Source of the DNA: a virus | Lineage: Duplodnaviria; Caudoviricetes | IMG/VR virus record: IMGVR_UViG_3300005805_003857 | Span: 24,369 to 88,368 of that record | Length of the DNA stretch: 64,000 bases | Reading direction: 5' to 3' (one strand) | Part shown: piece after piece, positions 9,654 through 18,654 of the stretch | Layout of the letters: each line of letters starts with the position of its first letter | Position numbering within the stretch: position 1 is the first letter of the stretch | Translations under genes and position numbers: made by a program | The notes under the pieces: generated by a model | The model's input: the letters and a program-made list of their open reading frames with translations, nothing else | Databases searched by the model: none | What the model was told of the DNA's origin: nothing

Positions 9654-10378
9654 TGCGTATTGATGAAGTTGTTCGTGTACAGAATCCAATGGGTGGTGAC
9701 TACAAGTCACAGCTTGATAGAGACCGTGCCGCTGCCGCAGTAAGAGCGCAACGCCAGGCAAATAGAGAAATTTCTAATCGAGGGCCGGCATCTGGAGCAA
9801 AGTCTGGTACTGATCCACAAGGTGGAATGTTCACTCCGGGAGCAGTCACTACTAAATCATACAACAATGCATTGACTAAACAGTTTGCAAGACCTGCAGG
9901 TCAAGGTAAAGGATTAGATATAATGGGCAATCCATTAAAGCAACCTGGACAGCGTAAGATTGAACCTGCAACACAACAACCACAGCAACCAACAACGGTT
10001 TCCACCACACCAAATTGGGTAGGTCAGAATACTAATATACCTGCAGTACAGCGTAAACAACAAGCACAACCACCGGTACAACAGCCTACCCAACAACCAA
10101 CAACGCAGCCTGCGGCAGAACCAACAGCGACTGCTGGAACCAGCGCACCCGCAACTGCACCTACCACTGTAGCGCAACCAACTCAGACAGTACCTAGTGA
10201 GCCAGTTAAGATTGGTGGACAAAAATTAAACCCAAATGATCCTGCTGATGCTAAGATGTTGCAAATGATTCAAAAGCAATTGCCACAAATGCCCACACCG
10301 CAGGTGGCTGCTGTAAAGCAAGTAGCAGACAAAACACTTGCTACACGCAGACGAAACAAGCCAAAGAAACGATTCTAA
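9653..10378 (+). CDS. hypothetical Q/P/T/A-rich low-complexity protein (MRIDEV N-terminus)
   Basis: Coupled to upstream gene; low-complexity centre and basic C-terminus. Confidence 0.6.
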   Translation: MRIDEVVRVQNPMGGDYKSQLDRDRAAAAVRAQRQANREISNRGPASGAKSGTDPQGGMFTPGAVTTKSYNNALTKQFARPAGQGKGLDIMGNPLKQPGQRKIEPATQQPQQPTTVSTTPNWVGQNTNIPAVQRKQQAQPPVQQPTQQPTTQPAAEPTATAGTSAPATAPTTVAQPTQTVPSEPVKIGGQKLNPNDPADAKMLQMIQKQLPQMPTPQVAAVKQVADKTLATRRRNKPKKRF

Positions 10379-10498
10379 AAAGGGTAAATAAACCGCATAA
10401 AAATATGCGGTTTCCCATATTCAACCAGCATAAATAGTAGTGTAGTTCGCGGAGGTCGAAATCCCAACTACTCTAATGCTTTCAAGGAGCAATCAGCA

Positions 10499-11071
10499 AT
10501 GATATTTAGTAGAAAAAATCCCCCGCCAGGATTTTATGTATATGCTTATCTCAGAGAAGACGGTACCCCTTACTATATAGGGAAAGGTAAAGATATTAGA
10601 GCCTGGCACACTACTCACGGAGTCAACCTACCTAAAGATAAGTCAAGAATTTTAGTAATCTCATATGGATTACTAGAACTATGGGCATTCGCATTAGAGC
10701 GAAGAATGATAAAATGGTATGGCAGAAAAGACAACAATACCGGCATACTAAGAAATAAAACAGATGGCGGCGAAGGTAGTTTGGGTACTGTAATAAATCC
10801 AATTGCTATTGCCAAACAAAAAGAAACTAAACGAATCAACAAATCTAATTCTAACACCCCTGCTTCAATCTTGAAGCGAGTTAAAGCTAAGAAGGTCAAT
10901 GGCACACTCAACAGCGATCCTGCAATTAAAGAAAAAATAAGGGCTACTAGATTAGCAAATGGATCAAATGCAAATACTCCTGAGTCTATTGCCAAACGAG
11001 TAGCAACAAGACGGGCAAATAAATTAGCAAAAGGGCTATCAAATAAATCAATTTTACCTAAACAGGCATAA
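10499..11071 (+). mobile_element. free-standing GIY-YIG-type homing endonuclease
   Basis: [29 protein letters not shown]; C-terminal NTPxSIxKR repeats; own late promoter at 10430. Confidence 0.85.
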
Positions 11072-11076
11072 ATACA

Positions 11077-11105
11077 TTGACGGAGAGGTTATTATTCGCT
11101 ATAAT
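11077..11105 (+). promoter_or_regulatory. sigma70-type promoter for SSB gene, with adjacent late promoter (11068-11074)
   Basis: TTGACG-17bp-TATAAT. Confidence 0.8.
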
Positions 11106-11185
11106 AGCTTCTGTGTTAGTCACTCGTGGTGAGTGGCGAATATTAAACCAGAGACCATCTCAATTTTATTAAAGGAAAATATATT

Positions 11186-12187
11186 ATGGCCAGCTTAAGC
11201 GAAATCCGTGCACGAATTGCTGCACAAGAAAACAAATCTCAAAACAAAAACTCTGCATCCCAAGGTGATGGTGCTACCTATCCGCATTGGAACATGGACG
11301 AAGGCACTACTGCTAGTATTCGTTTCTTGCCCGATGGTAACTCAAAGAACGATTTCTTCTGGGTTGAAAAACAAATTATCAAACTTCCATTCAATGGCGT
11401 TAAGGGTGATCCTAACGTTAAGCGTATTGAAGTACAAGTACCATGCGTAGAAATGTATGGTGATAACTGTCCTATCTTGGCAGAAGTTCGTCCTTGGTAT
11501 AAAGACGAATCATTGAAAGAAATGGCAAACAAGTATTGGAAGAAGCGTAGTTATCTATTTCAAGGTTTTGTTCGTCAGAACCCATTAGGCGATGACAAGA
11601 CACCTGCGAACCCTATTCGTAGATTCATCATCAGCCCACAAATCATTCCAATCGTTAAAGCTGGATTGATGGATCCAGAGATTGAAGAATTGCCAACAGA
11701 CTTCTTGCGTGGTCTTGATTTCAACATTAAGAAAACAAGCAAGGGTGGTTACGCAGATTACTCAACAAGTAACTGGGCACGTAAAGAATCTCCTCTCACT
11801 GAAGCAGAACAGGCCGCTGTCGAAGCACATGGTTTGTTTAACTTAGCTGACTTCTTGCCTAAGAAGCCCGGCGAAGCAGAATTGCGTATCATCAAGGAAA
11901 TGTTTGAAGCATCAGTTGATGGTCAACCGTTCGACAACGAACGTTGGGGCGCATACTATCGTCCTTGGGGACTAGAAGCACCAGCAGGTGCGACAGCGGA
12001 AAAACAATCAGCGCCAGCATCGGAAGCAAGCGCACCCGCAACAGCACCCGTAGCAGAAACTTCTACAGCACCTTGGGATGATGAAGCATCTACAACAGCA
12101 TCGGCTCCGATTGAAGTTCCAAAAGCAACTTCAACGGATAAGGCACAGGACATCCTAGCGATGATTCGTGCTAGACAAACTAAGTAA
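11186..12187 (+). CDS. gp32: single-stranded DNA-binding protein (T4 gp32-like)
   Basis: IRFLPDG, VPCVEMYGDNCPI, YWKKRSY, FNIKKTSKGGYADYSTS motifs; acidic/Ala-rich tail; upstream of uvsX. Confidence 0.9.
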   Translation: MASLSEIRARIAAQENKSQNKNSASQGDGATYPHWNMDEGTTASIRFLPDGNSKNDFFWVEKQIIKLPFNGVKGDPNVKRIEVQVPCVEMYGDNCPILAEVRPWYKDESLKEMANKYWKKRSYLFQGFVRQNPLGDDKTPANPIRRFIISPQIIPIVKAGLMDPEIEELPTDFLRGLDFNIKKTSKGGYADYSTSNWARKESPLTEAEQAAVEAHGLFNLADFLPKKPGEAELRIIKEMFEASVDGQPFDNERWGAYYRPWGLEAPAGATAEKQSAPASEASAPATAPVAETSTAPWDDEASTTASAPIEVPKATSTDKAQDILAMIRARQTK

Positions 12188-12231
12188 TACTTATTGGATA
12201 GGGAGCAATGCTCCCTTCCTTAGGAACCACG

Positions 12232-12462
12232 ATGACACTACCAGACGAACGCTACCGCGCCATTAAGCAAGGTAAAAAATTGTTGGAGGAACTATGCGAC
12301 CCAGGTCGTACACCCAGAGTGCCTAGCATCATTAGAGATAGAGCTAGAGGCGCACTAAGACATTTCCCTCAAGATTGGGAAATCGATTCAATGGCAGAAA
12401 AATGTCCAGACATGCTAGACAAGCAACCATTTAGCGTGTATACTAATGGTATGCACAAATAA
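12232..12462 (+). CDS. hypothetical protein (MTLPDERYRA...)
   Basis: ATG at 12232 after a hairpin (12200-12220); phage-like small ORF. Confidence 0.65.
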   Translation: MTLPDERYRAIKQGKKLLEELCDPGRTPRVPSIIRDRARGALRHFPQDWEIDSMAEKCPDMLDKQPFSVYTNGMHK

Positions 12463-12475
12463 CAAGGAGAATAAC

Positions 12476-12670
12476 ATGGCAAAAAAACTAAACAAACTAT
12501 CAAAAGTAAATGAATCATTTACAATCAATCGTTATGATAACGGCTACATGATTGAAGTCAGTGGAAGAGACAAAGAGAATGATTGGAAAAACTGCAAAGT
12601 TATGTGTGCTACTGAAGCAGAACTTTTTGAAGTAATCAAAGAAGCACTCAGCATGGAAGTGGATAATTAA
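12476..12670 (+). CDS. hypothetical protein
   Basis: AAGGAGA RBS before ATG at 12476. Confidence 0.7.
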   Translation: MAKKLNKLSKVNESFTINRYDNGYMIEVSGRDKENDWKNCKVMCATEAELFEVIKEALSMEVDN

Positions 12671-12671
12671 A

Positions 12672-13727
12672 ATGGGAAAACCCTTTGACATTAGTAAATT
12701 CCGCAAGGACATTACAAAAAGTATTGAAGGTCTATCAATAGGATTTAACGATCCAACTGATTGGATCTCAACAGGTAATTTCGCCCTCAATTATCTTATA
12801 TCCGGTGATTTTAATAAAGGCGTACCTCTTGGTAAAGTTACTGTCTTTGCCGGAGAATCAGGAGCAGGAAAAAGTTTCATCTGCTCAGGAAACCTTGTTA
12901 GACACGCACAACAACAAGGAATCTTTGTAGTCTTAGTTGACTCAGAGAATGCCCTTGACGAAGCATGGCTACACGCACTTGGTGTATCAACTGACGACAG
13001 TAAGTTACTTAAACTTAATATGGCTATGATTGACGAAGTAGGAAAAACTATTTCTATGTTCGTTAAGGATTACAAAGCACTACCAGAACAAGACAGACCA
13101 AAAGTATTGTTTGTTGTTGATAGTTTAGGTATGTTATTAACACCAACTGATGTTAATCAGTTTGAAGCAGGTGATATGAAAGGTGACATGGGTCGTAAGC
13201 CTAAAGCACTGACAGCACTTGTTCGTAACTGTGTTAACATGTTTGGTTCACTTGGCATCGGTCTAGTCGCTACTAATCACACATATGCTAGTCAAGATAT
13301 GTTTGATCCAGATGACAAAATCTCAGGTGGTCAAGGTTTCGTTTATGCAAGCTCTATTGTAGTTGCTATGAAGAAATTGAAACTTAAGGAAGATGAAGAT
13401 GGTAATAAGATTAGTGAAGTGCGAGGTATTCGTGCGGCATGTAAGATTATGAAAACTCGTTATGCAAAACCATTTGAATCAGTTCAAGTTAAGATTCCAT
13501 ATGACCAAGGAATGAGCCCATTCTCAGGTCTTACTGATTTGATTGAAGGCAAAGGTCTTTTGTCTAAAGAAGGTAATAGTCTTGTGTATACAACTAAAGA
13601 AGGTGAAATCATCAAAAAGTTCAGAAAAGGTTGGGAACGAAATGACGATAATTGTCTAGATGTTGTAATGAAAGAAATGATGGTGCCCGCGATCAATGCG
13701 ACCACGGAACAGCCCACAGAAAAATAA
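12672..13727 (+). CDS. uvsX: UvsX RecA-like recombinase
   Basis: Walker A GESGAGKS, DSENALD, VVDSLG, DMGRKPK, GGQGFVYASS. Confidence 0.95.
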   Translation: MGKPFDISKFRKDITKSIEGLSIGFNDPTDWISTGNFALNYLISGDFNKGVPLGKVTVFAGESGAGKSFICSGNLVRHAQQQGIFVVLVDSENALDEAWLHALGVSTDDSKLLKLNMAMIDEVGKTISMFVKDYKALPEQDRPKVLFVVDSLGMLLTPTDVNQFEAGDMKGDMGRKPKALTALVRNCVNMFGSLGIGLVATNHTYASQDMFDPDDKISGGQGFVYASSIVVAMKKLKLKEDEDGNKISEVRGIRAACKIMKTRYAKPFESVQVKIPYDQGMSPFSGLTDLIEGKGLLSKEGNSLVYTTKEGEIIKKFRKGWERNDDNCLDVVMKEMMVPAINATTEQPTEK

Positions 13728-13763
13728 CTATACGGATTCATAGCAGTTGGCATAAATAATATT

Positions 13764-14522
13764 ATGGAGACTGTTATGTATTACATATACGCAATGATAG
13801 ATATTAGAACTAACCTTCCTTTTTATATAGGAAAAGGAAAGATTAAAAATCAGAGACATTTGGATCACTTCAAAGAAACATTAGAAACAACTGATAATCG
13901 TCATAAATTTTTTAAGATTCAATCTTTAAAAGAGCAAGGCTATGAAATTCCCGTTTCAATTTTAGCTGACAATATTATTAACGAAAATGATGCGTATTCT
14001 ACTGAGGCAGATTATATTAAACAATACGGCCGCAAAAATATTGATGAAGGTGGAATTTTAACGAACATTTGTTCAGATAATAGACCACCTAATCATAAAG
14101 GAAAAAAACAAACTTTAGAACATACTACTAAGCGAGTCAATAGTTATGTAGATACATGCAAGAGAGTTGGCCGTAAACCTCACAGCGAAGCAACAAAAAA
14201 GAAAATAGCAAGACCCGGAAAGTCAAATCCATTTTACGGTAAACGTCATACTACCGAAAATAAACAAAAACATTCAGCGAGGATGGCAGGAAACAAGAAT
14301 AACATAAAAACTTATAGGTTTGTTTCGCCAAATGATGTTGAATATATGGTTGAAGGCTTTTATAATTTTTGTAATCTGAACAATTTAACTATACCTACAA
14401 TGGAGAAAATTTTGAGAAATAAAAAAATACCTACACGAGGCTCGTGTCAAGGATGGTTTGTAGAAAAAACTAAATCAACGATAAGTACTGTATCTAACAT
14501 AGGAGAGGATGATACAGTATGA
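13764..14522 (+). mobile_element. free-standing GIY-YIG homing endonuclease
   Basis: YYIYAMID...PFYIGKG, LTNIC, NUMOD3-like HSEATKKKI and NPFYGKRHT; late promoter at 13752. Confidence 0.85.
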
Positions 14523-14770
14523 GTTTAGATTTTGTTGCAGAAGTATGGGACGCATTGCGTTCTCATATTGATTTCAATGACCGCACTGACGCGGCCGATT
14601 CACTAGTCAATCTACTGATTGATAACAATTACGAAGCTGAAGATATCAAAGATGCCTTTAAGGGCGATAAAGAAATGCTAACTGCTCTTAAAGAGAATTT
14701 GGCACATCAAGATACTGAGGAATCGTATGAAGATTATGAAGAAGATGACCAAGACGAAGACTGGGATTAA
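14519..14770 (+). CDS. small acidic hypothetical protein
   Basis: Between uvsX and uvsY; D/E-rich tail. Confidence 0.7.
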   Translation: MSLDFVAEVWDALRSHIDFNDRTDAADSLVNLLIDNNYEAEDIKDAFKGDKEMLTALKENLAHQDTEESYEDYEEDDQDEDWD

Positions 14771-15229
14771 ATGAATTGGTATACACGCATCACCCAAAAT
14801 CTTGGTGTGATACCCGATTTCATAACTCACTATGAAGCCGAATTAATTTCGGCTAAACACGAAGTCAAGATATACGGGAATGTTGAAAAGAATATTGCCG
14901 CTATTCCCGGCGTAACTGAGCATCGTTTCAATCAACTACAAGAGATTGAAGCGGTGCTTAATTATCTCAACATCCAATTACGGAAAATTCGCCGAAAACA
15001 TTTTCAAAAATATTTAGAAGCGTATAATAGAGCATTGACAAGTCGTGATGCTGAAAAGTATGCTGAAGGTGAAGATGAAGTAATTGATATGGAAGTATTG
15101 ATTAATGAAATTGCACTATTACGCAATAGATGGCTTGGCATAATGAAGGCATTGGAATCAAAAAATTTCATGCTAGGACATATCGTGCGATTACGCACAA
15201 GTGGAATGGAAGATATTACAATTGGCTAA
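14771..15229 (+). CDS. uvsY: UvsY recombination mediator
   Basis: Helical; YLEAYNRALTSRDAEKY and KALESKNFMLGHIVRLRTSG match the UvsY pattern; near uvsX. Confidence 0.8.
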   Translation: MNWYTRITQNLGVIPDFITHYEAELISAKHEVKIYGNVEKNIAAIPGVTEHRFNQLQEIEAVLNYLNIQLRKIRRKHFQKYLEAYNRALTSRDAEKYAEGEDEVIDMEVLINEIALLRNRWLGIMKALESKNFMLGHIVRLRTSGMEDITIG

Positions 15230-16049
15230 TTACAACACAAACAAACAAGTTGCAAAAATGATTTATAACGGTTCACTCACATCTAATCAATGGTTACACC
15301 CTCCTACTATCTCAATAGGTGCTGCCGGATCAGCTGGATATAGTGCTCCAAGTATCAATCTAGGTAATTTTGAATTCAATTTCAGTGACGATGTTAAAAA
15401 ATACGAAGTCTATGAAATCAGTCAAGACCTTCTTGCACTAAGTGTGTGCTGGGCACGATATCGTAAGGCTAGAGATATCTCTGGTCCACAACCTACTATC
15501 ACTAAGCTATTAGATAGTGAATTGTTTAGGCTTGTGACCGAAGAGGATATCGCACACGCTAATGTTATCCGTGATTATTATAGTAAGAAAATCATGGTAC
15601 TGAAACTTAAGAATGAAGGCTTTACTGCTTTCCGTGAGGATTTGAACACATTCATTCATAGTGAAGGTAAGACATTTAAAGAAAGTATGCTACCATTGGC
15701 ATATCGTCTTCCTGAGTTTTATGAGTATGATGTTGAATTTGAAAAAATGGTATTTGAATACAACAGAGAAGTCAAACGAAATGATGATCCGCATGTAGTA
15801 ACTGTAAAACAATTGAAGTTTGTTAAAAAATTGTCAGTTAATAATAAGCGTCAGAAACGTAAAGAATATTGGTTCAGTGATAGACATAATAATCTTGTTA
15901 ATATTAATATAGATAATAGTAATCCATTATTGTCATTAATGGACATGACAGTTAATAAAAATGATATTACTATTAAAGGTAATTTTAGAAAAAGTTCCCG
16001 CGATGGAGCAGAATACCTAAAGGTTAGTAATAAGTTCTCATTTGTTTGA
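15201..16049 (+). CDS. hypothetical protein (start uncertain: TTG 15222 or ATG 15258)
   Basis: Long open frame with phage-like composition. Confidence 0.65.
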   Translation: MEWKILQLANYNTNKQVAKMIYNGSLTSNQWLHPPTISIGAAGSAGYSAPSINLGNFEFNFSDDVKKYEVYEISQDLLALSVCWARYRKARDISGPQPTITKLLDSELFRLVTEEDIAHANVIRDYYSKKIMVLKLKNEGFTAFREDLNTFIHSEGKTFKESMLPLAYRLPEFYEYDVEFEKMVFEYNREVKRNDDPHVVTVKQLKFVKKLSVNNKRQKRKEYWFSDRHNNLVNINIDNSNPLLSLMDMTVNKNDITIKGNFRKSSRDGAEYLKVSNKFSFV

Positions 16050-16061
16050 TTGATCCAAAAT

Positions 16062-16090
16062 TTGACAATAAATGGATTTGGCTATACAAT
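16062..16090 (+). promoter_or_regulatory. sigma70-type promoter, TTGACAATAAAT class
   Basis: TTGACA-17bp-TACAAT. Confidence 0.8.
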
Positions 16091-16120
16091 AGAGTCTTAT
16101 TCAGTCAAAAGGAGTTGTTC

Positions 16121-16333
16121 ATGGGTTACAAAGTTGTTGCAGACAAGTTTCAGATGGATGATATGCGTACCAAATATGGTCCTCGTCAGGGTCTAGAGGG
16201 CCCGTTCAATTTCTCTGGACGAGTGTTGTATTATGACAACAAAGAGGGTCAATACTATGATCCTAGGTCTGACTTTTATGTAGAGCAGGATGAAATGAAT
16301 CAAATTCATGCAAATTTGATAGCCAAAATTTGA
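16121..16333 (+). CDS. small hypothetical early protein
   Basis: AAGGAG RBS, ATG at 16121, own promoter. Confidence 0.75.
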   Translation: MGYKVVADKFQMDDMRTKYGPRQGLEGPFNFSGRVLYYDNKEGQYYDPRSDFYVEQDEMNQIHANLIAKI

Positions 16334-16358
16334 CAATAAATGGGCTTTCTGCTATAAT
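16330..16358 (+). promoter_or_regulatory. sigma70-type promoter, TTGACAATAAAT class
   Basis: TTGACA-17bp-TATAAT. Confidence 0.85.
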
Positions 16359-16391
16359 AGAATCTTAGACAGTTAAATAAAGGACTCGAAA

Positions 16392-16616
16392 ATGACCAAG
16401 CAATTCGTTCAAGTTAGCGCACAAAAAGACAGCAACAACTTTGCTCACTGTAGCAACCTGAGCCTCATGGCAAATGAGGGTCTGAATGCTGAACAAGCCC
16501 TGCGTAAATTGCTGGACATGGCTGATGAATACGCACTGAACGGTTACACAATCGATTGGATCCGTGAAGATTTTGACGCCGCTTACGAAGAAATGTACGG
16601 CGATTTGTTTGCCTAA
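16392..16616 (+). CDS. small hypothetical early protein
   Basis: AAGGA RBS, own promoter, host-like codon bias. Confidence 0.7.
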   Translation: MTKQFVQVSAQKDSNNFAHCSNLSLMANEGLNAEQALRKLLDMADEYALNGYTIDWIREDFDAAYEEMYGDLFA

Positions 16617-16618
16617 AT

Positions 16619-16647
16619 TTGACAATAAATGGGTATTGTGCTATAAT
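16619..16647 (+). promoter_or_regulatory. sigma70-type promoter, TTGACAATAAAT class
   Basis: TTGACA-17bp-TATAAT. Confidence 0.85.
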
Positions 16648-16679
16648 ATATTCTTAGACAGTCAAGTAAAGGAAACAAA

Positions 16680-17684
16680 ATGTCAAGCATCGTTCGTATC
16701 ACTTCAGGTTCTTATCGCAACGAATCTATCAAAGGTGAAGTGTTCACACTAGTTAAAGGTTATCAACTTGGAAGTAAAGGTGGTTTTGTGACAGTGAAAA
16801 ATGAAGGTCAGTTCCCCGGTCGTCCTGATCAAGTTCGTGTGAATGTTGACAATCAATCCATGATTGAATTTGTGTCAGGTCGTGATGCAGTAAAGGTTGA
16901 GACACCTAAGGAAACTGACGAAGAAGCAATGGATCGTATTGCTAGCCGTTTTGCAGTACTTGATGAAATGTCCGGCGCATGTATTGCAGGTAACATTCGT
17001 GCTATGATTGTTACAGGTCCTGCAGGCATAGGTAAGAGTCACGGTGTGACTACTCAAATGGAGAAGGCATCTATGTTTGACAAAATCTCAGGTAAGCGTC
17101 CTCGCTTCGAGATTGTCAAAGGCGCTATCAGTGGTATCGGTCTGTTCGCTACATTGTACAAATACAGTGACGCTAAAAACGTTCTGGTGTTTGATGACTG
17201 TGACGTTTGGGAAGATCAAGATGCATTGAACGTACTCAAGGGTGCGTTGGATTCTGGCAAGACCCGTCGCATTTCTTGGAACAAGGATAGCCGTCTGTTG
17301 CGTGACGAAGGTGTACCAAACACTTTTAACTTTAACGGTTCTATCATTTTCATCACCAACAAGACTTTTGACAGTAAGAAGGCTTCTAAGATTCAACCTC
17401 ACTTGGATGCTCTCCAGTCTCGTTGTCACTTTCTGGACTTGACTGTTGATAGTGAGCGTGACAAGATGCTCCGCATCAAGCAAGTTCACCGCGATGCCGA
17501 TGGTGGTCTGTTCAAAGACTATGATTTTACTCAGGAACAAACTGACGAAATTATGTCGTTCATTGAGACCAATCACAGCAAATTGCGTGAAGTGTCCTTG
17601 CGTATGTGTCTCAAGATTGCAGATTTGGTTAAGATTTCCGCTAACTGGCGTGAACTGGCTAAGGCAACTTGCATTAAAGGTTAA
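16680..17684 (+). CDS. AAA+ family ATPase of unknown function
   Basis: Walker A GPAGIGKS, Walker B LVFDDCD, sensor IIFITN, Arg finger ALQSRC. Confidence 0.85.
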   Translation: MSSIVRITSGSYRNESIKGEVFTLVKGYQLGSKGGFVTVKNEGQFPGRPDQVRVNVDNQSMIEFVSGRDAVKVETPKETDEEAMDRIASRFAVLDEMSGACIAGNIRAMIVTGPAGIGKSHGVTTQMEKASMFDKISGKRPRFEIVKGAISGIGLFATLYKYSDAKNVLVFDDCDVWEDQDALNVLKGALDSGKTRRISWNKDSRLLRDEGVPNTFNFNGSIIFITNKTFDSKKASKIQPHLDALQSRCHFLDLTVDSERDKMLRIKQVHRDADGGLFKDYDFTQEQTDEIMSFIETNHSKLREVSLRMCLKIADLVKISANWRELAKATCIKG

Positions 17685-17738
17685 CCCCTGCAGTGTGCGT
17701 AACGGCAATGTCAATAAGTCCGTTTCGATAAGGAAGAT

Positions 17739-17984
17739 ATGACAAACCCAACAGACTTGATTGACCGTGAACTTAATATTGATGACTTTGTGGTGTTTCA
17801 CAACAACATCTACCGAGTTAAATCATTTGGCAAAGTACATCCAAGTAGCGGTAAAGGTTCTGTAAGAATCATGTTGGTAAATCCTAGTCCAACAACTCGT
17901 CCTGTCATGAAATACAGCGGTGATTTATGTAAGCTAGACAATGGTGAAGTGTTGTTCTGGATGTTAAGGAAAGATTACAAATGA
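17739..17984 (+). CDS. hypothetical protein (SH3-like beta pattern)
   Basis: D.IDRELNIDDFVVF...YRVKSF pattern. Confidence 0.6.
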   Translation: MTNPTDLIDRELNIDDFVVFHNNIYRVKSFGKVHPSSGKGSVRIMLVNPSPTTRPVMKYSGDLCKLDNGEVLFWMLRKDYK

Positions 17985-18331
17985 AAGTTAAAACAGGTTT
18001 CTATTTCATTGGTTGGTTGATGAAAAGATTTTTCAAAACAGTATTCAGTCTCCCAATGAGCCTACATAGAAAATATATGGAGACGTACCAAGATAATCGT
18101 TGGATAGGATTTTTCGCCTGGATTATTACATCATCTATCGGAATTTTTATTGCAGGTGTGATCGGGGCAGTTATTGGTGATACAGATGCAGAGAGCATAA
18201 GTAATTTTATTATGATATGTTTTATCGGATGGGGTGTAGCAGTAATTTATTTTATCACATGCGTAATCCTAGATCAGTATGAAAAATTTGAGAATGAACG
18301 AATGGCAACTTGGCATACGTTAAAAGACTAA
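17981..18331 (+). CDS. hypothetical membrane protein (2 TM)
   Basis: Two hydrophobic stretches; ATGA coupling. Confidence 0.65.
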   Translation: MKVKTGFYFIGWLMKRFFKTVFSLPMSLHRKYMETYQDNRWIGFFAWIITSSIGIFIAGVIGAVIGDTDAESISNFIMICFIGWGVAVIYFITCVILDQYEKFENERMATWHTLKD

Positions 18332-18339
18332 CAAAAATT

Positions 18340-18366
18340 AGTAGTACTTTAGTACTACTTTTTTTT
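18340..18366 (+). terminator. intrinsic terminator
   Basis: agtagtac-ttta-gtactact plus T-run. Confidence 0.75.
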
Positions 18367-18368
18367 GG

Positions 18369-18397
18369 TTGACAATAAATCGGTTTGGATATATAAT
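18369..18397 (+). promoter_or_regulatory. sigma70-type promoter, TTGACAATAAAT class
   Basis: TTGACA-17bp-TATAAT. Confidence 0.85.
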
Positions 18398-18429
18398 ACA
18401 TGTATTGAATCAGAAAACGGAGTTGACAA

Positions 18430-18654
18430 ATGAACGAACGAATTAACGAACTTGTGTTAACGGCACGGCAACAAGCAACTTCCGATACAAAAGACGGTAG
18501 CAAACAGTTTGATCTAGACTTGTTTCATAAAAAGTTCGCCGAGTTGATTGTGCGGGAATGCATGTGGCAAGTGGTAAAAGACAATCAAGTGCCGCAAGAC
18601 ATTCAAGTCTTGATTGGTGGACGGTTTAAAGAACATTTTGGAGTCCAAGAATGA
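18430..18654 (+). CDS. small hypothetical protein, MNERI...FAELIVREC...EHFGV family
   Basis: Paralog of 47733..47984. Confidence 0.75.
   Translation: MNERINELVLTARQQATSDTKDGSKQFDLDLFHKKFAELIVRECMWQVVKDNQVPQDIQVLIGGRFKEHFGVQE

Noticed and set aside
13728-14522. Group I intron housing the endonuclease (also considered for the other six HEGs)
   Set aside because: Flanks are too short for an intron core, no P7-type motifs are seen, and neighbouring genes are intact with their own stops
17088-17801. 237-aa minus-strand ORF
   Set aside because: Antisense shadow of the codon-biased AAA ATPase; no RBS, promoter or motif
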